A DNA stretch of 32,724 bases from Acidobacteriota bacterium (GTDB taxonomy: Bacteria > Acidobacteriota > Thermoanaerobaculia > UBA5066 > Gp7-AA6), in assembly GCA_046732075.1 (NCBI GenBank), contig JBKPMI010000004.1:1-32724 (forward strand), given 5' to 3'. Shown here piece by piece: positions 16,933-24,638 of the stretch (position 1 is its first letter; every line of letters begins with the position of its first letter). The translations under genes were made by a program, and so were the position numbers. The notes beneath the pieces are model-generated. The model was not told where the DNA came from and did no database searches. It worked only from the letters and a program-made list of their open reading frames with translations.

Positions 16933-18744
16933 TCATGGTTTCCGAACCACGATGCGACCCGTCGTCTCGTCGATGATCTGCATCGGCAGCCCGAGGTGCC
17001 GGAGGGAAACGAAACCCGCGGGATTCGTCACGGCAACCCCCTGCGGCAGCTCGCGCCAGAGACGCGCGAAGGCCGGCAGATCGTGTATCCACTTCTGCGG
17101 CTCGTCCCGCTCGCCCATATCGAACTCGTTCACGTAACCCACCAGCGTCACAGTGCGCTTCAGGTAGAAAGGCAGAGTCTGGTCGTAGTAACTGACCGCG
17201 AAGAGAGGCGTGTCGGGTCGGATCATCGGACGCAGCTTTCGGGCCAGCGCGGCGCTGGACAGGAGCGGCGAGTAGCTTTGATAGCCCAGAGTCGTGGCGT
17301 TCAGAAACAGCAACGAGCCGACTGCCAGCAGCAGGACGGATTGCAGCTTGCGATGGGCTGCCGCAGCGCGCGCGGCTGCCACACCCATCAGCCCGAAAAC
17401 CAGTGAGCCTGCGATGGCCCAGTTTGAAAACGTCCGATTCGTCAGCGGCGTGAGGCTCTCGCCGGTGCGGCCGAAGACGAAAAACCCGAGAGCGACGGCG
17501 CCCATGAAAACGGCGATGACGATGGCGTGGCGGCGCATCAGGTCGGGTTTCCCCGTGGCCAGCACCTGCGCCAGCAGAAGCGCGATCGCCGGGAATATCG
17601 GAAGGATGTAAGTGGGCAGTTTGGAGCCCGAAATGCTGAAGAAGGCGAAGATGAACGCCGACCAGATCAACAGAAAGCGGTTGGTCTGGAACTGCGTGGC
17701 GTCGGGACGCCAGCCGCGCTGGACGACCTGCGGCAGCAGCGTGGTCCAGGGCAGCAAACCCGCTACCAGCAGCGGAAGGAAGTAGTACCAGGCCCCGGCG
17801 CGATGATGCTGGGTGGTCAGGAAGCGGTCGAGATGCTCGTGGATGAAATAGAAGTCTGCCCATTCGGGATTCCGGCGCGCCACGAGCACGTGCCAGGGCA
17901 CCGCCAGCATCGCGAAGATCGGCAGGCCGGAATACCACCTCAGGCGCGCCCACGGGCGCCAATCCCGACAGATCGCGCTGTAGAGGATCAGTGCCGCTCC
18001 GGGCAAGACCACCCCCATGAGCCCCTTGGTGAGCACTGCACCGGCCAACGCCCCCCACATGATCCAGATCCAGAGGCGTGTTTCGCCGTCGGTGGCGCCA
18101 TCCTGCTGGGCACGCAGAAATCCGCAGAGCGCCAGGGTCATGAAGAAGGTCACACCCATGTCGAGCGTCACGAGGTGGCTCATGCCGAGGATCCACACCA
18201 TGCTGGCGCACGTGATGCCGGCATAGTCCGCGGTTCGGGCGCCCCAGAGGCGGAGCGCCGTGAGGTAAATCAGGATCACGGTCGCAAAACCGCATAACCC
18301 GACCCAGAGACGGGCGACGAATGCCGACTGGCCAAAAGCTGTGAATGCCACCGCGGTGGCCCAGTACTGGAGCGGCGGCTTCTCGAAATACTTGATGCCG
18401 TTCAAGCGCGGTGTCACCCAGTCGCCGGTCGAGGCCATTTCGCGCGAGATTTCGGAGTAACGGCCTTCGTCCGGATGCGTGAGGTCGCGGTAGCCCAGGC
18501 CCCCGAACCAGAGGGAAGCCGCCAGGACGAGCCAGAGAAGCCGGTGCCTGGAGCGGACGCTTGCCGGCCAGGTTGCAGCTGGCGCCCCGTCTTCGGAGTT
18601 CGGTGGGATTCGAGAGGAATAGGTCGCCGGTCGATTTGATCCCCGGACCCCCGGGCTCGGCGCTCCGAGCGCCTGGCGATCGAATCGAACGGAGCGGCAC
18701 GGTTGCGGACTCGCGGGAAGGGTCGCCACTGACGCCGACGGCAT
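16933..18744 (-). CDS. arnT: Undecaprenyl-phosphate-alpha-L-Ara4N:lipid A arabinosyltransferase (GT83/PMT_2 family)
   Basis: Multi-TM protein with the ArnT signature PDEGRYSEISREMASTGDWVTPRLNGIKYFEKPPLQYW (compare E. coli [33 protein letters not shown]). The start is uncertain. Candidates are ATG 18744, ATG 18786, GTG 18729 and GTG 18906. There is no ATG/GTG/TTG in the ~60 codons directly before TM1. Confidence 0.8.
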   Translation of the reverse strand: MPSASVATLPASPQPCRSVRFDRQALGAPSPGVRGSNRPATYSSRIPPNSEDGAPAATWPASVRSRHRLLWLVLAASLWFGGLGYRDLTHPDEGRYSEISREMASTGDWVTPRLNGIKYFEKPPLQYWATAVAFTAFGQSAFVARLWVGLCGFATVILIYLTALRLWGARTADYAGITCASMVWILGMSHLVTLDMGVTFFMTLALCGFLRAQQDGATDGETRLWIWIMWGALAGAVLTKGLMGVVLPGAALILYSAICRDWRPWARLRWYSGLPIFAMLAVPWHVLVARRNPEWADFYFIHEHLDRFLTTQHHRAGAWYYFLPLLVAGLLPWTTLLPQVVQRGWRPDATQFQTNRFLLIWSAFIFAFFSISGSKLPTYILPIFPAIALLLAQVLATGKPDLMRRHAIVIAVFMGAVALGFFVFGRTGESLTPLTNRTFSNWAIAGSLVFGLMGVAAARAAAAHRKLQSVLLLAVGSLLFLNATTLGYQSYSPLLSSAALARKLRPMIRPDTPLFAVSYYDQTLPFYLKRTVTLVGYVNEFDMGERDEPQKWIHDLPAFARLWRELPQGVAVTNPAGFVSLRHLGLPMQIIDETTGRIVVRKP

Positions 18745-18900
18745 GCTCTCTTGCTTGGATACCGCCGGACGAGAAATCCTTCGCATCCACTCGCCTTCGC
18801 TGCGCAGCTCCCCGCCCGTACGGAACGCGCACCCGAAAGCGGTTCCTTCCTGCGATGGCCCTACTCCGGTGTCGATTCGGAGCGCACCGAAGCCGGCGCT

Positions 18901-18944
18901 CTTCACCCCGATTTAACGCTCGCTTCAAGGCCAGTTTTCGCCCG
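18901..18944 (+). promoter_or_regulatory. Putative Pho-box array (four direct repeats in exact 11-bp phase) upstream of the porin gene
   Basis: CTTCACCCCGA / TTTAACGCTCG / CTTCAAGGCCA / GTTTTCGCCCG, with the TT dinucleotide at 18902, 18913, 18924 and 18935. The array ends 36 bp before the porin ATG and lies in the intergenic region shared with divergent arnT. Confidence 0.45.
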
Positions 18945-18979
18945 GCGGGTGAAGTGCTCCGCGAAACAAGGAGGACCCC

Positions 18980-20098
18980 ATGCAGTCGAGTCGGATTCAC
19001 TCGAGAACCATCCGGCGAGCGCTCGCCGCGGCGGCGATCGCGCTCCTCGCGGTCGCACGGTCGGGTCGGGCGCAGATCACTCCCGCGGAGGGCTACACGC
19101 CACCGAACGACGACCCCTCGGTCAAGGTCGGAGGCACGGTCTTCGCGGATTACACCTACCTGGACAAGCCGGAGGCAAAGGACGCCGAAGGAAACTCGAT
19201 CCACTCGAACGCGTTCAACCTCGGCCGCGCTTACTTGAACATCACGGGTCAGCTCCACCACCTCTTCGCGTTCCGCATCACTCCGGACGTCACGCGGGAA
19301 ACGGGCACCGGCAGCTCGCTGAACGGCAGCTACACCTACCGGCTCAAGTACGCCTACGGACAGCTCAACCTGGATGACTGGCTCCCGCACGGGACGTGGC
19401 TGCGCTTCGGCGTACAGCAGACGCCGTACGTCGACTTCCACGAGGGCATCTACCGCTACCGGTTCCAGGGCCAGATCTTCGTGGAGCGCGAGGGGTTCCT
19501 CGTCTCCTCCGACCTGGGCCTCTCGACCCGTTTCGCGTTCCCGTCGAACTATGGCGACATCCACGTCGGCGTCTACAACGGCGAGGGCTACAACCGTTCC
19601 GAGGCGAACGACCAGAAGGCGTTCCAGATCCGGGGTACCGTCCGGCCGGCGCCGGGCGTTCCGGTGCTCCGGGGCCTGCGTCTCTCGGCCTTCTGGGACG
19701 GTGACCACTACATCCGCGACGCGAAGAAGGACCGCTTCGTCGGCTCGCTGTTCTTCGAGCACCCGTTCGTCAACGTCGGAGTCGACTACATCCAGGCCAA
19801 GGACCAGACGCTGACGACGACGACCGAGATCGAGGCGAAGGGGTGGTCGGCGTGGATCACCCCCCGGACCCCGATCGGCATCGAAGGTCTCTTCCGCTAC
19901 GACCAGCTGGAGCCGGATGACCGGAACGACTCGAAGAAGAAGCGGTTCATCGGCGGAGTCTCCTACTGGTTCAACTTCTTCAAGCCCGGGGTCACGGCGG
20001 CCGTCCTGGCCGACTACGAGAACGTGAAGTACGACCGATTCACGCCGGCCCGCGCGACCGAAAAGCGCTACGCGCTCCACATGCTGGTGAACTTCTAG
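18980..20098 (+). CDS. Outer-membrane beta-barrel porin, probably phosphate-selective (OprO/OprP-like)
   Basis: 372 aa. Signal peptide ...AAAIALLAVARSGRAQ. Alternating amphipathic beta-strand pattern, Tyr/Gly-rich, with C-terminal ...YALHMLVNF (terminal Phe). AAGGAGGA lies upstream of the ATG. It sits directly upstream of pstS and has Pho-box-like repeats in front. Confidence 0.6.
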   Translation: MQSSRIHSRTIRRALAAAAIALLAVARSGRAQITPAEGYTPPNDDPSVKVGGTVFADYTYLDKPEAKDAEGNSIHSNAFNLGRAYLNITGQLHHLFAFRITPDVTRETGTGSSLNGSYTYRLKYAYGQLNLDDWLPHGTWLRFGVQQTPYVDFHEGIYRYRFQGQIFVEREGFLVSSDLGLSTRFAFPSNYGDIHVGVYNGEGYNRSEANDQKAFQIRGTVRPAPGVPVLRGLRLSAFWDGDHYIRDAKKDRFVGSLFFEHPFVNVGVDYIQAKDQTLTTTTEIEAKGWSAWITPRTPIGIEGLFRYDQLEPDDRNDSKKKRFIGGVSYWFNFFKPGVTAAVLADYENVKYDRFTPARATEKRYALHMLVNF

Positions 20099-20118
20099 CC
20101 GCTGCCGCACGGACAAGT

Positions 20119-20160
20119 TTCACAGCAACTTCACAGGGTTCTTACACGCGGACTTAACAC
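20119..20160 (+). promoter_or_regulatory. Putative Pho box upstream of pstS
   Basis: Perfect 7-bp direct repeat with a 4-bp spacer, TTCACAG-caac-TTCACAG (20119-20136). This is the same 7+4+7 geometry as the E. coli Pho box. Two degenerate copies follow: CTTACAC (20141-20147) and CTTAACAC (20153-20160). Confidence 0.55.
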
Positions 20161-20180
20161 TCGAACACGAGGTGAAGACG

Positions 20181-21203
20181 ATGAAGATCTCGAGATTGCT
20201 GCTGACGGCGGGCCTGCTCGCCGCGATCGCTTTGCCCGCCTCCGCGCAGGCCGTCCGGATCAATGGCGCCGGCGCGACGTTCCCCTATCCCATCTACTCG
20301 AAGTGGTTTTCGGAGTACAACAAGCTCCACCCCGACGTGCAGATCAACTACCAGTCGATCGGGTCGGGCGGCGGCATCCGGCAGCTCTCGAACCAGACCG
20401 TCTTCTTCGGCGCCACCGACGGCCCGATGACTAAGGACCAGATGCTCGCGGCGGCCGGCAAAGTCCTCCACCTCCCGACGGTCCTCGGTGCGGTAGTCCC
20501 CGTTTACAACATCCCGGGTGTCGACGCCGAACTGAAATTCACGGGGCCCGTCCTCGCCGACATCTTCATGGGCAAGGTGACGAAGTGGAACGATCCGGCG
20601 ATCGCGGGTCTGAATCCGGGCGTCAAGCTCCCCGGCAGCGAGATCACGGTCGTGCACCGCTCCGACGGCTCCGGCACCACGTACATATTCGCGGACTACC
20701 TGGGGAAGGTCTCGGCCGACTGGAAGAAGACGGTTGGAATCGCGACTTCGCTCAACTGGCCGACGGGCGTCGGCGCCAAGGGCAACGAGGGCGTCGCCGG
20801 TCTCGTCAAGCAGACGCCGGCGGCGATCGGATACGTCGAGCTCATCTACGCCCTTCAGAACAAGATCGACTTCGGGTCGGTCCAGAACGCGGCGAACGAG
20901 TTCGTCCGGGCGTCGCTCGACTCCGTCACGAAGGCGGCCGCCGCGACGAAGGGCAGGATGCCGCCGGATTTCCGGGTCTCCATCACCAACGCGCCGGGCG
21001 CGGGGGTTTATCCCATCTCGTCATTCACCTGGCTGCTCTTCTACGAGAGCCCGAAGGACAAGCGCGCCGCGCGGACCATGACCGACTTCATGCGGTGGGC
21101 GCTCCAGGACGGGCAGAAGTACTGCGCCGCTCTTGGATACGCGCCGCTTCCGGCGGAGGTCGTCGCCCTGGAGATGGAGGCTTTGAAGAAGATCCGGATC
21201 TAG
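20181..21203 (+). CDS. pstS: Phosphate ABC transporter substrate-binding protein
   Basis: MKISRLLLTAGLLAAIALPASAQ signal peptide, then INGAGATFPYPIYSKW...YQSIGSGGG...HRSDGSGTT, the classic PstS motifs. ATG 20181 is preferred (GAGGTG 7 nt upstream) over in-frame GTG 20172. Confidence 0.9.
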   Translation: MKISRLLLTAGLLAAIALPASAQAVRINGAGATFPYPIYSKWFSEYNKLHPDVQINYQSIGSGGGIRQLSNQTVFFGATDGPMTKDQMLAAAGKVLHLPTVLGAVVPVYNIPGVDAELKFTGPVLADIFMGKVTKWNDPAIAGLNPGVKLPGSEITVVHRSDGSGTTYIFADYLGKVSADWKKTVGIATSLNWPTGVGAKGNEGVAGLVKQTPAAIGYVELIYALQNKIDFGSVQNAANEFVRASLDSVTKAAAATKGRMPPDFRVSITNAPGAGVYPISSFTWLLFYESPKDKRAARTMTDFMRWALQDGQKYCAALGYAPLPAEVVALEMEALKKIRI

Positions 21204-21221
21204 TTGCGTTTCGAGAACACG

Positions 21222-22223
21222 ATGATTCAGGGCCCTGGTTTTAAAAATTCTGTCCGCCGGTCGCGCAGCGACCGCCGCGGACCAGACGCCCTTTTTCGCC
21301 GGGCGACCGGCGCGGTCGCGACCGTGGTCATCCTGCTCGCGGCGGCAATCGCGTTCGAGCTCCTTCGCCTCTCCCGGCTTTCGATCGAGAAGTTCGGGCT
21401 CAAGTTCTGGACCGGGAAGATCTGGGACCCGGTCTCCGGAGAGTTCGGAGCGTCTCCCTTCCTCTGGGGAACGCTCTACTCGTCGATCCTGGCTCTCCTC
21501 GTGGCGGGCCCGATCGCGATCGGCATTGCCGTGTTCCTCTCGGAGCTGGCCCCGGGCGGGTGGCGGCGGCCGCTCTCGTTCCTGACCGAGCTCCTCGCGG
21601 CGATTCCCTCCATCGTCTACGGTTTGTGGGGGGTCTTCGTGCTGGTCCCGCTGATCCGGAAGCTCGAGACCGGGATGCCGGAGTCGCTCCGGAAGCTGCC
21701 GATCTTCTCGGGCCCTCCGGTCGGGGTGGGCATGCTCGCCGCCGCGGCGATCCTCGCGATCATGGTCATTCCCTTCTCCTCCGCGGTCGCCCGCGAGGTG
21801 CTGCGCGCCGTCCCCGCCTCGCAGCGGGAAGCCGCGTACGCCCTGGGCGCCACCCGGTTCGAGGCGATCCGCGCCGTGCTCTTCCACGGGCGGACCGGCG
21901 TCATCGGCGCGCTGCTCTTGGGATTCGGGCGCGCGCTCGGCGAGACCATGGCCGTGACGATGGTCATCGGGAACAACCCGAAGGCATCGCTCTCGCTCTT
22001 CGCGCCGCAGCACACGATGGCCGCGGTCCTCGCCAACGAGTTCACCGAGGCCGCCGACGACCTCTACCTCGCGGCGCTCGTCGAGATCGGCCTCGTGCTC
22101 TTCGTCGTGACGCTCGTCGTGAACGCCCTTTCCCGACTTCTCATCTGGAGCCTCGAGCGCGGATCGCGGCGGATTCCGCCGGTCGCGGCGCCGGAAGCGG
22201 TAAGCGGAGCGGAAGCCGCGTGA
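21222..22223 (+). CDS. pstC: Phosphate ABC transporter permease PstC
   Basis: PstC-like TM protein (FLSELAP...LTELLAAIPSIVYGLWG..., EAAYALGATRFE). The start is either ATG 21222 or TTG 21204, which lies immediately after the pstS stop. Confidence 0.88.
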   Translation: MIQGPGFKNSVRRSRSDRRGPDALFRRATGAVATVVILLAAAIAFELLRLSRLSIEKFGLKFWTGKIWDPVSGEFGASPFLWGTLYSSILALLVAGPIAIGIAVFLSELAPGGWRRPLSFLTELLAAIPSIVYGLWGVFVLVPLIRKLETGMPESLRKLPIFSGPPVGVGMLAAAAILAIMVIPFSSAVAREVLRAVPASQREAAYALGATRFEAIRAVLFHGRTGVIGALLLGFGRALGETMAVTMVIGNNPKASLSLFAPQHTMAAVLANEFTEAADDLYLAALVEIGLVLFVVTLVVNALSRLLIWSLERGSRRIPPVAAPEAVSGAEAA

Positions 22224-23065
22224 GCCGCAGTACCCGCCGTCGCGCCGTGTCCGCCCTGTTCTCGGCGGCGTGCGCCGCGTCCGTCATCTTCGCGCTGGTC
22301 CCGCTCGCGTTGATCCTCTTCTACCTGCTCCAGAAGGGCATCGGAGCCCTCGAGTGGGGCTTCCTCTTCCACAATCCGAAGCCGGTCGGAGAGACGGGCG
22401 GCGGTTTCGCAAACGCCATCGTCGGGACGCTCGTGCTGATCGGACTCGCGTCCCTCTTCGCCGTCCCGATCGGCGTAATCGCCGGACTCTACGTCGCCGA
22501 GTACCGCGGCTCGCGGTTCGCGACGCTCGTACGCTTCGCGGCGGATGCGCTGAACGGCGTTCCGTCGATCGTGGTCGGCATCTTCGCCTATAGCGTCGCC
22601 GTGATGCCGGTCCGCCGTTTCTCGGCGATCGCGGGCGGATTCGCTCTCGGCGTCATGATGATCCCGATCATCGCGCGGACGACCGAGGAGCTGCTGCGCC
22701 TCGTTCCGGAGTCGCTGCGCGACGGGGCGCTCGCGCTCGGCGCGACCCGGTCGCGGGCGGCGTGGAGCGTCGTTCTGCCGGCGGCGCTGCCGGGGATTCT
22801 GACCGGAATCCTGGTGGCGGTGGCGCGTATCGCCGGCGAGACCGCCCCGCTCCTCTTTACCGCGTTCGGAAACCGGTTCTTCTCCACGCGGCTGGACCAG
22901 CCGATCGCCGCGCTGACCGTGCAGATCTACACTTACGCCGTCTCGCCCTACGAGGACTGGCACCGGCAGGCCTGGGCGGGCGCGTTTCTTCTCGTGGTGG
23001 TGGTGTTCGTGCTCTCCGTCGCGGCGCGACTGGCGACCCGGCGCCTCGAGAGGATGCACGGATGA
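22220..23065 (+). CDS. pstA: Phosphate ABC transporter permease PstA
   Basis: The GTG start at 22220 forms a GTGA overlap with the pstC stop. The 281-aa protein carries PstA-like motifs (GLYVAEY...[32 protein letters not shown]). The upstream part of the 501-aa ORF is out of frame over pstC. Confidence 0.88.
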   Translation: MSRSTRRRAVSALFSAACAASVIFALVPLALILFYLLQKGIGALEWGFLFHNPKPVGETGGGFANAIVGTLVLIGLASLFAVPIGVIAGLYVAEYRGSRFATLVRFAADALNGVPSIVVGIFAYSVAVMPVRRFSAIAGGFALGVMMIPIIARTTEELLRLVPESLRDGALALGATRSRAAWSVVLPAALPGILTGILVAVARIAGETAPLLFTAFGNRFFSTRLDQPIAALTVQIYTYAVSPYEDWHRQAWAGAFLLVVVVFVLSVAARLATRRLERMHG

Positions 23066-23916
23066 CGACGGAGACGATGACCATGCCCGAGACGATGAAC
23101 ATCGCGGCGCCCCGGCCGACTCCCCCGGTTCGGGCAACGGGGCCGGCGTCCGTCGGGTCGGAGGTCGTTCGCGTCCAGACCGTGGGCCTCGACTTCTTCT
23201 ACGGGAAGACCCAGGCGCTCTTCGACGTCTCGCTCGCGGTGCCCGAGAAGTCGGTCACCGCGCTCATCGGGCCCTCCGGTTGCGGAAAGTCGACCTTCCT
23301 GCGATGCCTGAACCGGATGAACGACCTCATCCCGGACACGCGCGTGGAAGGAGAAGTTCTCCTGGACGGCGAGGACATCTACTCGTCCGGCATGGACGTC
23401 GTCGCACTGCGCCGGCGGATCGGGCTCGTGTTCCAGAAGTCGAACCCGTTTCCCAAGTCGATCTTCGAGAACGTGGCGTACGGCATCCGGATCAACGGGA
23501 TCGGGCGCCGGTCGGAGCTGCCGGAACGCGTCGAGCACGCGCTCCAGCGGGCAGCGCTCTGGGACGAGGTCAAGGACCGCCTTCGCTCTCCGGCCCTCGC
23601 GCTCTCAGGCGGCCAGCAGCAGCGTCTCTGCATCGCGCGCGCGCTGGCGGTCGAACCCGAGGTCCTGCTGATGGACGAGCCCGCCTCGGCGCTCGACCCC
23701 ATCGCAACGCAGAAGATCGAGGAGCTCATCTGGCAGCTCAAGATCAACTACACGATCGTGATCGTCACGCACAACATGCAGCAGGCAGCGCGCGTCTCGG
23801 AGAGGACCGCGTTCTTCATGCTCGGACGGCTCGTCGAGTACGACCGGACCGACAAGATCTTCACGAACCCGGGCCAGCAGGTGACGGAGGACTACATTAC
23901 CGGGCGGTTCGGATAG
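23062..23916 (+). CDS. pstB: Phosphate import ATP-binding protein PstB
   Basis: ATG at 23062 forms an ATGA overlap with pstA. Motifs: Walker [19 protein letters not shown] (PstB-typical), [15 protein letters not shown], Walker [12 protein letters not shown], and [12 protein letters not shown]. Confidence 0.95.
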   Translation: MTTETMTMPETMNIAAPRPTPPVRATGPASVGSEVVRVQTVGLDFFYGKTQALFDVSLAVPEKSVTALIGPSGCGKSTFLRCLNRMNDLIPDTRVEGEVLLDGEDIYSSGMDVVALRRRIGLVFQKSNPFPKSIFENVAYGIRINGIGRRSELPERVEHALQRAALWDEVKDRLRSPALALSGGQQQRLCIARALAVEPEVLLMDEPASALDPIATQKIEELIWQLKINYTIVIVTHNMQQAARVSERTAFFMLGRLVEYDRTDKIFTNPGQQVTEDYITGRFG

Positions 23917-24623
23917 TGGCGAACTCCAGCGTCGCGCGACGGATCGCCCTGGTCGAGGACGACGCCGACATCGCGTACACGATCCGTCTGAACCTGCGGA
24001 AGCACGGCTGGCAGGTGGATCACTTCATCTCGGGCCTGCGAGCGATCGAGGCAATCGAGGAGAAGCCGTACGACCTCGTCATCCTGGACTTGAACCTGCC
24101 CGACATCGACGGGCTGGCCGTCGCCCGGGAGCTCCGCCAGCACGACGACACGAAGAAGGTCTCGATCCTGATGCTCACCGCCCGCGTCGAAGAGCGCGAC
24201 AAGCTGCTGGGCTTCGACGTCGGCGCCGACGACTACCTGACCAAACCGTTTTCGATGAAGGAACTGGTCGCGCGGGTTACGGCGCACCTCCGGCGGGTCG
24301 CCTCCTTCGACGAGGCCGACGGCGACGTCTTCGAAACCGACGGCCTGCGGATCGACCGGCCGCGATTCGAGGTCTCGGTGAACGGCCAGCCCGTGCGGCT
24401 GACCAAGAAGGAGTTCGATCTCCTCTGGTACCTGGTCAAGAACCGCAGCCGCGTCGTGACGCGCGACGCGATCCTCGCCCGCCTCTGGGACCACGGCGCC
24501 GACGTCGAGACGCGCACCGTGGACGTCCACATCCGGTCACTGCGCCGCAAGCTCGGGGAGCGCTGGATCGACACGGTCGTCGGCGTCGGCTACCGCTTTC
24601 TCGAGCGGCCCGAGGAAAAATGA
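23916..24623 (+). CDS. phoB: OmpR/PhoB-family response regulator, probably the phosphate regulon regulator
   Basis: The GTG at 23916 shares one nucleotide with the pstB TAG (TAGTG). Receiver motifs: LVEDD, DLVILDLNLPDIDG, LMLTA and DDYLTKPF. The C-terminal winged helix carries LTKKEFDLLWYL...TVDVHIRSLRRKL...GVGYRF. The phoB assignment comes from its position between pstB and phoR/phoU. Confidence 0.8.
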   Translation: MANSSVARRIALVEDDADIAYTIRLNLRKHGWQVDHFISGLRAIEAIEEKPYDLVILDLNLPDIDGLAVARELRQHDDTKKVSILMLTARVEERDKLLGFDVGADDYLTKPFSMKELVARVTAHLRRVASFDEADGDVFETDGLRIDRPRFEVSVNGQPVRLTKKEFDLLWYLVKNRSRVVTRDAILARLWDHGADVETRTVDVHIRSLRRKLGERWIDTVVGVGYRFLERPEEK

Positions 24624-24638
24624 AGCCCCGGTGAGCCC

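Noticed and set aside
11921-18744. The arn operon looked lower in G+C than its flanks, which could mean a horizontally acquired island.
   Set aside because: I hand-counted a few 60-nt lines. arn gave 50-70% and the kinase gene about 75%, but pstS lines gave a similar 55-60%. I see no flanking repeats, tRNA or integrase. This needs a proper sliding-window GC/codon analysis and phylogeny before any claim.
16886-20116. 1,076-aa minus-strand ORF spanning arnT and the porin gene.
   Set aside because: It is out of frame with the motif-supported ArnT frame (16933..18906) and antisense to the porin. The sequence is Arg/Pro/Gly-rich with no domain signatures. It is a high-GC artefact.
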